This document shows positions 25,938 to 39,164 of a stretch of 64,000 nucleotides of DNA, in pieces. Below the pieces are notes generated by a model. That model saw only the letters and a program-made list of their open reading frames with translations. It was not told the DNA's origin and ran no database searches. Source of the DNA: Stegostoma tigrinum (lineage: Eukaryota). The stretch's first letter is position 1. Each line of letters begins with the position of its first letter. Both the position numbers and the translations under genes were made by a program. The stretch is taken from assembly GCF_030684315.1 (NCBI RefSeq), contig NC_081374.1, positions 38,972,630 through 39,036,629 of the forward strand, read 5' to 3'.

Positions 25938-27559
25938 GTGAGTATCAAATCTCTCTCTATTCTATGATGCCAGGGAAGAAAAGTGAGGTCGATATTTGGT
26001 TAACTATTGTTAAACATACTTCAACTCTGAGTAAAACATGCTATTCACCGTGCTGTGCACTTCACAGAACAAACTTTTATCGATGACCAAGACGTTCTAA
26101 GGTTTAATTTTGACAAGCATGGTAAGAAATATCTTGTCAGAAAGAAAGCAGCTCATTGAATGTAAACTGGAGTGTAAGTTATGAACATTGGCGTGCATCG
26201 TATTTCAGTATATTGGTCAATGAACGTGTTTTTATTTACGTGTTATTCCCGTGCTGGATTTAAATGGCTGGACAATGGAATTCCTAAACAGATGTTGCAA
26301 GGACGGCTTTGTGCTGGTTTCATGGATGCACTTACATGGTACTGAGTGCTCACCTCTTAGGAGTTCATATCAAAAAATTACAGGAACATTACCCGATAAT
26401 TTGCCAGTCTGTGATGAGTAACTTACTTGGAATGTTCTGGCTAAAATGAACACAGGTGTTTATACATATTGTGCATAATGCATAGTTATGAATGTATTTC
26501 CTAAAAACCAATTCATTTAATCTTAAGTGCTTTGAGACAAGAAAAGATATAGCATTTCTTCTTTATACAGCTTGTAATGTGCAACCTGCGCAAAGTATAT
26601 GTATCTAAAAGTCTACCAGAAGGCTACCATTGTTAATTGTATTTAATTCTATATGATAGGCATTAACTGCAGACAGACTTCTACTCTTATAAGCACAAAT
26701 GGATCAAAACTCTGTTTTAGTAGATGGAAAGGTGTCTGTTCATAATGTATATGTGTTAATAAGTGCTCATAAAAGTAACTGAAGACAGAATCCAGATCTA
26801 TCCTTCTCTAGTTGGATTTTGGGAGTAGACCATTCATTTGTGATACACTGGGTTTTTGACTAAATTCATTTACAATAGGGGAATTTCATTGATCCCAAGC
26901 TTGCTTAACTGAAATGCACATCATATAATCATTACTATTACTGAGTAACCCGTTCACTGATGCGCAATCTGAGAGCAAGTCTCCCCACTTTGTGTTTAGA
27001 AGTTCATCTGTCAGTGTATTCAGATGTACAAACAGACTACTCATACTAAGAAAACCTAGTTCTAGTCTTAAAAAAAATTCTACCTATGATATTTATCAGG
27101 GTTGTTATCTCCTTAAATTTGCTGAAGAGCCTGACCATCTACATGTAGAAATGGAGGTACAGGTAGCCTGAGCACCTAGTTAGTTAAGGGTGGAGGTGAA
27201 GGAACTGTGAATATGCTGACTGTAGTGTACATATTAATAGGCATTGTTCCACCTGGAAACACTTAGGACTAAACCATATGTTTGGCTAAATGTTAGTCTC
27301 TGTAGGGTTGCTGTCTTGTGAGGCTGAGTGAGTTTCCTCACTGCATCTTTCCAAGCTTGCCTCATTAATTACTAATCCAGTGCCTGTGGCACCCTTCTTG
27401 ACAAATTCTAGCCCCATGATCATGCTTGCCACTGTTGCAGTGTCCCAGAATAGACTGGCACTGGTGCCATTTTTAAAGGCCATTGTGCATATGGGCAAGA
27501 ACCCCATCCAGAGCTGCCCCACACAGTTCCTCACATTTTTCCCAGACATGACAGTGAAG

Positions 27560-27775
27560 GGAAAATTGGTGCCCCTCTTTGTGTGCAGGCTCTGGAGATC
27601 CAAGCGGGTGGGGTGGTGTAGCAGGTCCCCTTTGCCAGGATCGGCAGTGGACATCATGACAACAGACTATGCCAGCCTTTTTCAAGACTGTTATTGCAGA
27701 TCAGTGCAGTCTCAGCCAACTGGAGGAATCCTCAACAATGTAGGAAGAAGGTCAATGGCTTCCACTCTGTCAGCA
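27560..27775 (+). mobile_element. Degenerate Myb/SANT-like remnant (Harbinger-type)
   Basis: 27703-27762 reads SAVSANWRNPQQCRKKVNGF, matching the R..QC.KK.N motif of MSANTD-type domains. Confidence 0.45.
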
Positions 27776-27948
27776 TTAGTGATCCATCTTATCCTCAATA
27801 CCTTATACTCAGCCTACCACTGCACCTGGACCTTCCTCCCACCAAGGCTCATATTCTATGACTCCCACTGTTAACTGCTACATCTCCCCTCACTCACTCT
27901 CATCCTTCTTAATCCATAACACCTCTAACCCTACATGCCCTATGTGTT

Positions 27949-29843
27949 AGAGATAATGGGAACTGCAGATGCTGGAGATTCCAAGATAATAAAATGTGAG
28001 GCTGGATGAACACAGCAGGCCAAGCAGCATCTCAGGAGCACAAAAGCTGACGTTTCGGGCCTAGACACTTCATCAGAGAGGGGGATGGGGGGAGGGAACT
28101 GGAATAAATAGGGAGAGAGGGGGAGGTAGACCGAAGATGGAGAGTAAAGAAGATAGGTGGAGAGAGTGTAGGTGGGGAGGTAGGGAGGGGATAGGTCAGT
28201 CCAGGGAAGACGGACAGGTCAAGGAGGTGGGATGAGGTTAGTAGGTAGCTGGGGGTGCGGCTTGGGGTGGGAGGAAGGGATGGGTGAGAGGAAGAGCCGG
28301 TTAGGGAGGCAGAGACAGGTTGGACTGGTTTTGGGATGCAGTGGGTGGGGGGGAAGAGCTGGGCTGGTTGTGTGGTGCAGTGGGGGGAGGGGATGAACTG
28401 GGCTGGTTTAGGGATGCAGTAGGGGAAGGGGAGATTTTGAAACTGGTGAAGTCCACATTGATACCATATGGCTGCAGGGTTCCCAGGCGGAATATGAGTT
28501 GCTGTTCCTGCAACCTTCGGGTGGCATCATTGTGGCAGTGCAGGAGGCCCATGATGGACATGTCATCAAGAGAATGGGAGGGGGAGTGGAAATGGTTTGC
28601 GACTGGGAGGTGCAGTTGTTTGTTGCGAACTGAGCGGAGGTGTTCTGCAAAGCGGTCCCCAAGCCTCCGCTTGGTTTCCCCAATGTAGAGGAAGCCGCAC
28701 CGGGTACAGTGGATGCAGTATACCACATTGGCAGATGTGCAGGTGAACCTCTGCTTAATGTGGAATGTCATCTTGGGGCCTGGGATGGGGGTGAGGGAGG
28801 AGGTGTGGGGACAAGTGTAGCATTTCCTGCGGTTGCAGGGGAAGGTGCCGGGTGTGGTGGGGTTGGAGGGCAGTGTGGAGCGAACAAGGGAGTCACGGAG
28901 AGAGTGGTCTCTCCGGAAAGCAGACAGGGGAGGGGATGGAAAAATGTCTTGGGTGGTGGGGTCGGATTGTAAATGGTGGAAGTGTCAGAGGATAATGCGT
29001 TGTATCCGGAGGTTGGTAGGGTGGTGTGTGAGAACAAGGGGGATCCTCTTGGGGCGGTTGTGGCGGGGGCGGGGTGTGAGGGATGTGTCGCGGGAAATGC
29101 GGGAGACGCGGTCAAGGGCGTTCTCGATCACCGTGGGGGGAAAGTTGCGGTCCTTAAGGAACTTGGACATCTGGGATGTGCGGGAGTGGAATGTCTTATC
29201 GTGGGAGCAGATGCGGCGGAGGCGGAGGAATTGGGAATGGGGGATGGAATTTTTGCAGGAGGGTGGGTGGGAGGAGGTGTATTCTAGGTAGCACTGCCAC
29301 AATGATGCCACCCGAAGGTTGCAGGAACAGCAACTCATATTCCGCCTGGGAACCCTGCAGCCATATGGTATCAATGTGGACTTCACCAGTTTCAAAATCT
29401 CCCCTTCCCCTACTGCATCCCTAAACCAGCCCAGTTCATCCCCTCCCCCCACTGCACCACACAACCAGCCCAGCTCTTCCCCCCCACCCACTGCATCCCA
29501 AAACCAGTCCAACCTGTCTCTGCCTCCCTAACCGGTTCTTCCTCTCACCCATCCCTTCCTCCCACCCCAAGCCGCACCCCCAGCTACCTACTAACCTCAT
29601 CCCACCTCCTTGACCTGTCCGTCTTCCCTGGACTGACCTATCCCCTCCCTACCTCCCCACCTACACTCTCTCCACCTATCTTCTTTACTCTCCATCTTCG
29701 GTCCGCCTCCCCCTCCCTCCCTATTTATTCCAGTTCCCTCCCCCCATCCCCCTCTCTGATGAAGGGTCTAGGCCCGAAACGTCAGCTTTTGTGCTCCTGA
29801 GATGCTGCTTGGCCTGCTGTGTTCATCCAGCCTCACATTTTAT
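27949..29843 (-). mobile_element. Penelope-like retroelement (Neptune-like), 5'-truncated with an inverted terminal copy, in APOBEC2 intron 1
   Basis: Minus frame 29290-28301: RT C-terminus (YLEYTSSHP...SQFLRLRRICS), one in-frame TGA at 28987-28985, a Cys linker PCNRRKCYTCPH, then GIY-YIG (NVVYCIHCTRCGFLYIGETKRRLGDRFAEH). 29291-29843 is an inverted copy of 27989-28541. TSD TGCCCTATGTGTT at 27936-27948 and 29844-29856. Confidence 0.93.
29754..29785 (+). ncRNA. Minimal hammerhead ribozyme motif in the Penelope terminal repeat, sense to APOBEC2 pre-mRNA
   Basis: CT-CTGATGA-AGGGTCTAGGCCC-GAAAC-GTC-AG. The mirror copy is on - at 28076-28049. Confidence 0.7.
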
Positions 29844-31719
29844 TGCCCTATGTGTTGCCTATTCACTGGGTTGGGACAGCTCCCTTTCTGCACCAGTGGT
29901 AAGAGCTGTGATAGTCAATTTCATTGCATTTAGTATCTGTCGCTTTCTCATTCCAGAAAAAAAAGCCAACAATAGGGCAGAAAGAGTCAAGAGAGGTGCT
30001 GAGCTGCCTATTATTCTGCTCTTCACCCCTTATGAGGAGAATATCCTAACTCTGACCATTCTGATTAGCTGACTAACTATGTCCAAGCCCCTGGTTGGTA
30101 CTGGATGCTGTCCTTGACTATCTGTGCCAGGACTTCCTCACTGAAGGCTATCTCCATTGACTTGCCTGAGGGTATGCTGACATCCATGGTAAGCCTCCTG
30201 GCTTTGTGTCTACGTTAAATAACAAAGCAATACAGCAATGCTGTGTGCATGGTACCTCTGGCTGAGAGGGCAAAGTGTGAAAAGACAATGCAAGGCAGGA
30301 AAGCTGTGACCATTCAGGTGTGCACAAAGAGGGTGAGCTTGCAAAGAACATGCAAACAGGCCATGGGTGCAGGCCTCTCCATCCCTGAGTCCACTGACTC
30401 TGTGAGGCATTACAATGATTGTTGCTGATGCAGTCTGGGGTGCACCATTGAATGACATAGGTGTCCTGTAAGTGGCTGGGAGACATGCCATTAGATTTCC
30501 TAGACAATGACACATGTCAAGTGCTAATGTAAGTGGACATGGGGTTGACATTGAGTGTACCCTGGGATGATGAAGACTGTTTGGAAGCAGCTCTGACTTG
30601 CATGTCAAGTATTCTTGTTGTCTAGTTTACTCATGGTGGGTGGTCCTATAGAAAACAACATATTAATGATGTGAGATCTGAAGCTCATTAGGTCATTGAC
30701 AATTAATAATACTCGTTTCATAGGTAACTCACTGCTCCCAGGCAAAAATTTCATCTCAACACGAAGAACTTAGTTAATACATGCAGCAAACTGTTCCCAA
30801 TATCAAGGTAGGATTAGCTGAACTTTTCATCTGATTCTGTCACATTTCTCACCATAGTCTAGTGTGATCAGGTTCCACAATAAGATTCCACCACAAAATA
30901 AATTGAACCTCCTTTTGAAAAGTGTTATGTCATTGTTTATAGTAAGATAGGATGGTTGCTGCTGTATTGTGGAAATGGTGTTTAAATGGTGAGATAAGAT
31001 GACTGTGTAACTGGTGACAAACGAGTCGATTTATGAATTGTGAGGTAAGCATGAGGTTGTGTGTTATAACTATGACTTTTCTAATACACATGTGAACAGC
31101 CTTCTCCTAAAATAAAAAAAACATAATTTTAAATTCATTAAAACAAACTAAATATGTGACAATGAGAATTTAGATTTAAAGTACAAATAAGGCAAGTTAT
31201 GGTTTTTACCCAATGCTGGGCTGTTTAACAGCTTCTACTCAACCCATTCAGAGATGTTATTACACACTACTGAAGCAGGTGGGACTTGAACCCAGGCCTC
31301 ATGGCTCAAAGTCGGTGACAACACAAGGGACTCAGGTTTCATGCTTTGAATTCTAAGGCTCAACACTGGCCCCAGCTATGTGTTTCAATGTGAAGTGGGA
31401 GTACTTTGGATGAAATTTTGCTGCAACGGAAGAGCTGAATCCACTCCTACCCGTTTTGCAGCCACATGTTTCTCCAGTTCCGAAGAAAGGTCACTAGACT
31501 CGAAATGTTAACTCTGCTTTCTGTCTCCAGATGCTGCCTGATCTGCTGAGTTTCTCCAACAATTTCTGTTTTTGTGTGTTTCTCCTATCTTTGTGGATCT
31601 GTCTTGTGCTGATGATCCTTTTTCCAAATCGGTCCTTCATAAAAACAAAAGGTAGACTGCATTCCTCTGATTATTAAAATTATCTTCATAAATAAAGCTG
31701 ATGATGCAAATGTTAAATT

Positions 31720-33070
31720 GAATCGATGAAGATGGTTATTGGTAGGATACTAATAGAGTTTAGTAGTTAAACTTTGCTGAGTCACTTGGTCGAGATAAAA
31801 TGAACCTGTTGCTAAAATAAGCAAGGGTATAAATAGCGGAGGCATTGATCCAAATTTTTCAATTCTTATTGAATTGAAGAATACTGAGGAGGATTGGAGG
31901 ATGACTAATGTTATAGAACTTGCCAAAAAGGTGGGGAACATAACAATGGGAAAGTATGGACCAGGCGGTCTCACATTGGTAGTGGAGAGGTTGTTGAAAG
32001 CCATTAGTAGGTTCCGGGAATCTGTTGTATAAAGTAGAAAATAAGGATATGAATGCAGTCTTACATTAGCTAGAGGACATACAGAATGGTGATGAATGAG
32101 TGATTTTCACAATGAGGTGTCTCCTCATGTTGCTCCTCAAGGGTCAGTTTTGTCTTTATTACCTGTCCCAAATTTGACAGATTAGATTCACATGTAGGGA
32201 CCAGCATTGTAAGGTTTGTAGACAACACAAACCTTTACAAATTTAGAGGATAATGATGGAAATATCTGTAGACTTCATGAGATAAAAGTATGATGGTCAA
32301 ATGGATGGAAGTGCAGTGTACGTAGTTCAATGTGGAAAGATGTGAAATTATATACATTGGAAAATAGTATGCTGGTTATTACACAATTTGAAAAGTTTAA
32401 ATGAGCAGAGAGACCTTTGTGTTTATAAACAGAAGTCTTTAAATGTGGCAAGGCAAACTGATAAATTCATTTAAAATGAAGTAGTTGATTTACTCGGATT
32501 TATAGAGGAATAGAACATATGTGCAAACTGTCAATACTAGAAACTTATAGATCACTGGAATGCTATGGACAATTTTGTGAAGTACACTTCAGGAGAAATG
32601 TAAAGGCCTGAGAAAGGATGTGTAGGAAGTTCACCGAGACGTTATAAAGGAGAGGAACTTCAATCATGATATGAGTTGAAACTGTTCCCCTTGAAACAAA
32701 GGCTAGAGTGGGCCTGACTGTGTTTATTAAGGTGTTTAAAGATTTTATTAAAAATGGATTGAGAAAAATTATTCAAATTGACAAGTCTGTCAATCACTAG
32801 TTGTGATAGATTTCAAATCAGTGGCAAAACAATCTAGAGGAGAGATGAGAGAAATTGTTGGGAATTTGGAACACTCTTCCCAAAGATAGGATGGAAGTTG
32901 ATGTCATAAATAATTATATAAAGGGAACTAAACAGGTACTTACAAATGAGAAATTTACAGGGTTAAAAAAAGAAAAGGATGACATGGATGAAGCAATTTT
33001 GGTTTATTGATAAACTAGCAGAGAAACAGTGGGCTTGCTGGCTTCCTCCTGTGTGATATGGTTTATGATT
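31720..33070 (+). mobile_element. Highly decayed CR1 LINE
   Basis: Remnants GAGGATTGGAGGATGACTAATGTT, CCTCAAGGGTCAGT, TTTGTAGACAACACAAA and TTCAATGTGGAAAGATGTGAAATT, with many stops. Confidence 0.7.
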
Positions 33071-34597
33071 CTGTAATTCTAATACTTGGCCACTGATGCT
33101 GTTATATGAAGCTAGTACACTGAAAGGATCAAATGAAGTGCACCATTAAAGGACACGGGCCACTGAATTGGTCTTGTGTCTGAGAGAATAACCGAGCTAT
33201 ATTCCTCCTTCAATACTGCCTTTCACTCGACAGTGAAATGCTAATCCTCTAGTGTCTCTTCCTGCCAGCACAGCTGAGATAAGGAAAGTTAAAAATAAAT
33301 ATGAAATTCCATTGATTGAGATACTGTAAAAGCTAGAACAATGTGTCCCAGGCTTTATTAGAGAATGTAATGTGTGACAGAATAAAAACCTAAAATCCCA
33401 AGCAGAAGGTCTGCTGTAAGGTTCAGATGGGAGTTGAGTTGGTGGGCACATTTCAAATATCTTTTTAATACGGTAACTTTACCATATCACCTGAACTGTG
33501 ACATTAGAAAAATGCCTCCAAGCGCAGAGTGGTATTTTATTGCTCATAATACTCAGGAGGGACTGACTTTTAATTTTAAACTGATTTAATTATTGTTACA
33601 GTACAATGTGAATGTTTTGATCACATTTTGTGAGACAATTTAATTGCATACAATAAAACCCCTGATTTGATAGAGACTTTTTGTCAATTCTGCAAAGCAA
33701 ATTTCACAGACCATGAATTGCTTTTTACTTACTCTCACGTACAGAGAGATTTTTTTGACAATTATCCTATACATAACTGTATAACATTAATACTGATTAG
33801 ATAATGGATAGTTAATCAGTTTCAAAGTGATTCTGATGGAGGTGTAATGGTTGCTCAGTTTTTCTTTCGATATTGCCACGAGGAGGCCAACAGCTACAAG
33901 GTAGTAAGTTACTTTTGCTTCTGAGTCAGAGGTTTAAGTTCAAAAGACTGACAACCTGCTCTAGCTCTGCACCTTATACTGTAGACAAGCACTCCAATGT
34001 GATATTGAAGGAATGCTGCTATGTTAGAGGTGCCAATCTTCAGGTGTTGATCTTTCACTGAGGCACTTGCTGCCTTTTCAAATGAAGATCTTGTCCCAAG
34101 CTTCAACCTTCAATAAACATCTCTGGTTGTTATCTGTGGGACTTAGTGTTGAAATGGATTCTTTCATTTATCATATAATGATTCCATGCTTCAAAAGTCA
34201 TTTCAGAGATTTTCCTTTCTTTTATGAAATAGCGAGCTGTTTCTTGCAAGGCCAACATTTGTTTTCTATAAGCTATGGGCTCACTAGGCCATCTTAAGTC
34301 CATGAATCTAGAGTCACATGTAGGTCAGACCTGGTTAGAATCCACATTGCCTTCTCTCAAGGGTATTAGTGAAAGCAAACAGTATGGCCTGACCATTGGC
34401 ATTGACTATATAGTCATGGTTATGAAGAATAATTTATAATTCCAAATTTATTAAATTTAAATCCCACCACCTGCCATGGTAGGATTTGAACCCATGGCCC
34501 ACACCTTTAGTCTAGGCCTCTGGTTTACTAGTCTGGTGACAATATCAGTACACCTCCCCCTTAGCAGTAACAATACACGATATCAATATACTATATT

Positions 34598-35043
34598 AGC
34601 ATATGATGAACGGCCAAGGATCCTGGGATTGTACTCATTAGAGTTTAGAAGGTTGAGGAGAGATCTAATAGAAACTTACAAGATAATGTATGGTTTAGAA
34701 GGGGTGGACGCTAGGAAGGTGTTTCCGTTAGGCGGGGAGATTAGGGCCCATGGGCACAGGCTTAGAATTAGAGGGGGTAAATTTAAAACGGAAAAGAGAC
34801 GACATTTCTTCAGCCAGACAGTGGTGGGCTTGTGGAATTCATTGCCACGGATGCGGTGGAGGCTGGGACGTTGGATGCCTTCAAGGCAGAGATCGACAAA
34901 TTCTTGATCTCAGAAGGAATCAAGAGCTACGGGGAGAGTGCAGGGAAGTGGAGTTGAAATGCCCATCAGCCATGATTTAAATGGCGGAGTGGACTTGGTG
35001 GGCCGAATGGCCTTACTTCCACTCCTATGTCTTATGGTCTTAT
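34598..35043 (+). mobile_element. CR1 3' fragment of the same young subfamily as 12897-14773
   Basis: Near-identical to 14322-14773. Confidence 0.92.
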
Positions 35044-35491
35044 CAATTCAAGACAATATCCACAAAGAACACAAAGCTACGGCCTTTGTTTATTCTCTCA
35101 TCTGGACAATAATACTTGTCTCTATGAAACTTCCTTATTATCTCATTGGAGTCAGACTAATTTACGCATTCAGCCTTCAAGAAAGAATCAAATTACTCAG
35201 AGGTCAGGAAGTTACATTCTGGCTGAGGCTGACACACAGATTCAAACAAGAATTAGATGTTAGAAAACAGGTCATTTGGTATGTATTAGATGGAAATCAC
35301 TTTGAGCAGTAGAACTGATAACCTGTAACACTTTCAGCCCTGAGACCACTAATGAGGTAACTTACAACTTTTACCTCTTATTTGGAGCTAACTTAGATCA
35401 GGAGTATATCCCTGATAACTTCTTTCTGTTGAGTTCAAATGAGCCAATTCCACAAAAAATATAGATTTTGGCATGAAAGATGTAAATAACC

Positions 35492-35830
35492 GTGGTTATT
35501 TAGTGGTTAGCACTACTGCCACACAGCACTAGGGTCCCAGATTCAATTCCAGCCTCAGATGACTGACTGTGTGGAGTTTGCACATTCTCAGTGTCTGCAT
35601 GGGTTTCCTCTGGGTGGTCTGGTTCCCTCCCACAGTCCAAAGAGGTACAGGTTAGGTAGATTGGCCATGCTAAATTGCCCATAGTGTCCAGGGATGTGCA
35701 GGCTAAATGGATTAGCTATAGAAAATGTGGGGTTACAGGGATAGGTTGGGTCTGGTTGGGATGCTCTTTGGAGGGTCAGTATGGACTTGATGGCCCAAAT
35801 GGCCTGCTTCCACACTGTAGGGATTGTATG
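35492..35830 (+). mobile_element. HE1-type V-SINE (tRNA-derived)
   Basis: tRNA head (AGTGGTTAGCAC...ATTCAATTCC), V domain (GTGGAGTTTGCACATTCT...GGGTTTCCTC...CTCCCACAGTCCAAAGA) and a CR1-like tail. Partial copies lie at about 58440-58550, 59083-59222 and 62296-62455(-). Confidence 0.85.
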
Positions 35831-36779
35831 ATCCTGCTGTCTAAGAATGTTACTTTTCTCCAAGTAACCTGCTTAATTTTAACAAGCCTGAGCTCTAAAA
35901 TGTCCCAGATATATTAAGGCTCCAGGATTTCTCTCTTCAGTAAATACATTTCTCCACTTAAAGCAAAGTATAAAATATTGAAGTTCATTACGGTTGTAAT
36001 GATAAAACTTAGATGATTTACAAATTTTACAATTTTATTAACAGAAATTAACAAGCAACACAATTTAAACATTCATGAATACTTGAATCTTACATAATCT
36101 TGGACAGCTATAAATAACATCAACCTAGATTGTCTTCACCTTAGTTTTGCATCTTTTGATAGATTTTTTTTGGCACAACAGTGTACTAGTCCTAGATTAT
36201 CTAAGATTAGAAATCATCCATGAACATTTAAAGTTTTACCTTAAAACTCTCAGCAAGTGAAATATCTTCTCTTGGTGGGAGAAAATTTTGAGAAGTAGTC
36301 TCTGAGGGCTTCTAAAACTCCTGACATTTTAGTTAAATGGGTTCTATTTTTATGTTATTTTGACCCCCCTTGCTTTTATAAATGGTGGCATTAACCCTCT
36401 GTTTACTTTCCTTCTACTTTTATGTATCATTTAGCAACATTTCTTACTTTTTCAGCGAAGGTTCTTTTATGAAGCCAATTATCTAGTCAATTTGGTTGAG
36501 GTGTTTTATACTCATCTTTAGATATTTCTTTCATCTCTCCTTTTTTTCTTCCAATTTAAAAGAATCCTTCATTAAAGGTTTATCAGTAAAAATGTTTCAT
36601 TTCTTTGTCATTATGAGTTTTGGCTTATTCTGGATTCTAAAGGTATTCAGATGATAAGAAGCATTGCAATTCCCATCTGTTGGATGGCTCCAATAATCTT
36701 CTCTTACAGCCTGTCCTCTTTCTCCTACCCCCACTCCAATGGGACTGTCTGTGATTTCCAGCTTGGTAGTTAGATGCAC

Positions 36780-36965
36780 TTTTTTTCTGCCGTTCTCCCA
36801 TTCTGATCACTGCCAACATCCTTTCTCCCCCAGCATTCCCACTTCCCCACTATTGCAGAAGTGCGCATCCCTCCACACTTCATGTTAGCTCTGATGAAGA
36901 GTCATCTAGACTCAAAACATCAGCTTGATCTATCTCCATGGACGCTGCATGACCTTTTGTTTCCA
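36780..36965 (+). mobile_element. Penelope-like 3' fragment with a CpG-decayed hammerhead
   Basis: AGCT-CTGATGA-AGAGTC(ATCTA)GACTC-AAAACATC-AGCT at 36887-36925. Confidence 0.6.
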
Positions 36966-37214
36966 GACATTAACAACTTACTTTCATGACCAAGAGTAAT
37001 ATTGGCGTGTGTCTTTCCAGCCTGTTTAGTATTGTTCATTTTACGTTGTCTGTGCTGAGCATTAGCAATGAATAGAATCTAAGTATCATCTCCATAACCA
37101 CTTCTATGCTTTTTTTTGCTAGTTGTGACAAAATTTTTCATTGTTATCTCCCACATGAATCTTAGTCTTTAAATGTTTTTAATATTTATTGTGTCTTACC
37201 TAATTAATGTTCAA

Positions 37215-38045
37215 TCCGGGCAATGGAGTTCAATCCGTGCAAATGCGAGGTGATGCATTTTGGAAGATCAAATTCAAGGGTAAACTATACAGTAAATGGA
37301 AAAGTCCTGGGGAAAATTGATGAACAGAGAGATCTGGGTGTTCAGGTCCATTGTTCCCTGAAGGTGACAACGCAGGTCAATAGGGTGGTCAAAAAGGCAT
37401 ACGGCATGTTTTCCTTCATTGGGCGGGGTATTGAGTGCAAGAGTTGGCAGGTCATGTTGCAGTTGTATAGGACTTTGGTTTGGCCACATTTGGAGTACTG
37501 TGTGCAGTTCTGGTCGCCACATTACCAAAAGGATGTGGATGCTTTGGAGACAGTGCAGAGGAGGTTCACCAGGATGTTGCCTGGTATGGAGGGTGCTAGC
37601 TATGAAGAGAGCTTGAGTAGATTAGGATTATTTTCATTAGAAAGATGGAGATTGAGGGGGGACCTGATTGAGGTCTACAAAATAATAAGGGGTATAGACA
37701 AGGTGGATAGCAAAAAGCTTTTTCCCAGCGTGGGGGACTCAATTACTAGGGGTCATGAGTTCAAAGTGAGAGGAGGAAAGTTTAAGGGAGATATGCGTGG
37801 AAAGTTCTTTACACAGAGGGTGGTGGGTGCCTGGAACGCGTTGCCAGCGGAGGTGGTAGACACAGGCACGTTAACGTCTTTTAAGATATATTTGGACAGG
37901 TGCATGGATGGGCAGGGAGCAAATGGACACAGACTGTTAGAAAATAGATGACAGGTTAGACAGAGGATCTCGATTGGCGCAGGCTTGGAGGGCCGAAGGG
38001 CCTGTTCCTGTGCTGTAGGTTTCTTTGTTCTTTGCTTTTGTTCTA
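37215..38045 (+). mobile_element. CR1 LINE 3' fragment (second subfamily)
   Basis: ORF 37223-37951: MEFNPCKCEVMHFG...PHLEYCVQFWSPH...RLRGDLIEVYKI...FFTQRVVGAWNALP. Confidence 0.93.
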
Positions 38046-38552
38046 ATTAATTATGATTACTGCTCAATGAAACCAAATTTCTAACTAAAAGAGAAATTGC
38101 TGGAAAAGCTCAGAAGGTCTTGCTGCATTTGTGGAGAGAAGTCAGAGTTAACGTTTTGGGTTCCAGCGACCCTTCTTCAGAACATCTAACCAGATATTGC
38201 TATGTGTGCTCCTTCATTTCTGGCCTCTTGTTTTTCTCCATTCCTGGCCGTGGTACCTCATATCTGCCTAAATTCTAAGTTGTGCAATTCTCTTCCCAAA
38301 CCTCATCTCTGCCTCTTGCTTCTCATTTTAAAATGCTCCTTAAAATGACCTCTGACCGTGCTTTAGTCCAGCCGGTTTACTATTTCCTTCTGTGACTATA
38401 CTTCTTTGATGGGAACACTGCTTTGGGATATTTTAATGCAGCAAATGCATTCTTTGTGTGAAACAAGATATTTCAAAATTCTTTCAGATGTTTTTCTGAT
38501 GCATGTATACTTGTTATAAATGAGGCTGAATACTTGTTTCTTTCTTTTCCAG

Positions 38553-39087
38553 GCAACGCATGCCATCCGCTTTCTTCAAATTCCATTTCAAAAACGTAGA
38601 ATATTCTTCAGGGCGGCACAAAACCTTTTTGTGCTACTCAGTAGAGAAACAGGGCAAGGAATGTGAGAGGTCAGAGGGCTACGTGGAGGATGAGCATGCA
38701 GGCACACATGCAGAAAAAGCCTTCTTCACAGATATCTTCACAGAGTGTGATGGGAGCCTGAGCTACTCTATTATTTGGTACGTGTCCTCCAGCCCTTGCA
38801 CGGTGTGTGCTGCCAAAATCGCTGAGTACCTCAGCAAGTGCCCCAACGTGGAGCTCACCATCTTCATGGCACGCTTGTTCATGTGGGAAGAGGCTGAAAT
38901 CCATCAGGGCCTGCGGCAACTCCAAGCCGCTGGCTGCCGATTGAGGATCATGAAGGGTCCAGAGTATAATTACTGCTGGAACACCTATGTCGACAACGAG
39001 GGGGAGGCTTTCACACCTTGGGAAGACCTTCAAGACAGCTGCATGTTCTATGAAGAAAAACTACACGACATTCTACAACATGCCTAG
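38553..39087 (+). CDS. APOBEC2: APOBEC2 coding exon 2 (cytidine-deaminase fold)
   Basis: TTTCTTTTCCAG acceptor; (G)QRMPSAFFKFHFKNVEYSSGRHKTFLCY...HAEKAFF...WYVSSSPCTVC...RLFMWEE...PWEDLQ...YEEKLHDILQHA*. The HxE and PCxxC zinc motifs are intact. An AAG|GTGAGG donor follows 3 nt after the stop. Confidence 0.97.
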
Positions 39088-39164
39088 AAGGTGAGGACTT
39101 TGACAGAATCTTGGGTTGTTGCCTTGCTGATGGTTTTCATTTTATCTCTTTTCCTCATGCATTG

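Noticed and set aside
28320-29531. Many overlapping ORFs on both strands, including duplicated peptides
   Set aside because: They are by-products of the G/C-skewed Penelope sequence and its inverted duplication. Only the minus RT/GIY-YIG frame is meaningful.
38560-39087. APOBEC2 as a single-exon 175-aa gene or a novel deaminase
   Set aside because: A canonical acceptor at 38552 and a phase-matched exon at 25804-25937 restore an ordinary 222-aa APOBEC2 orthologue.
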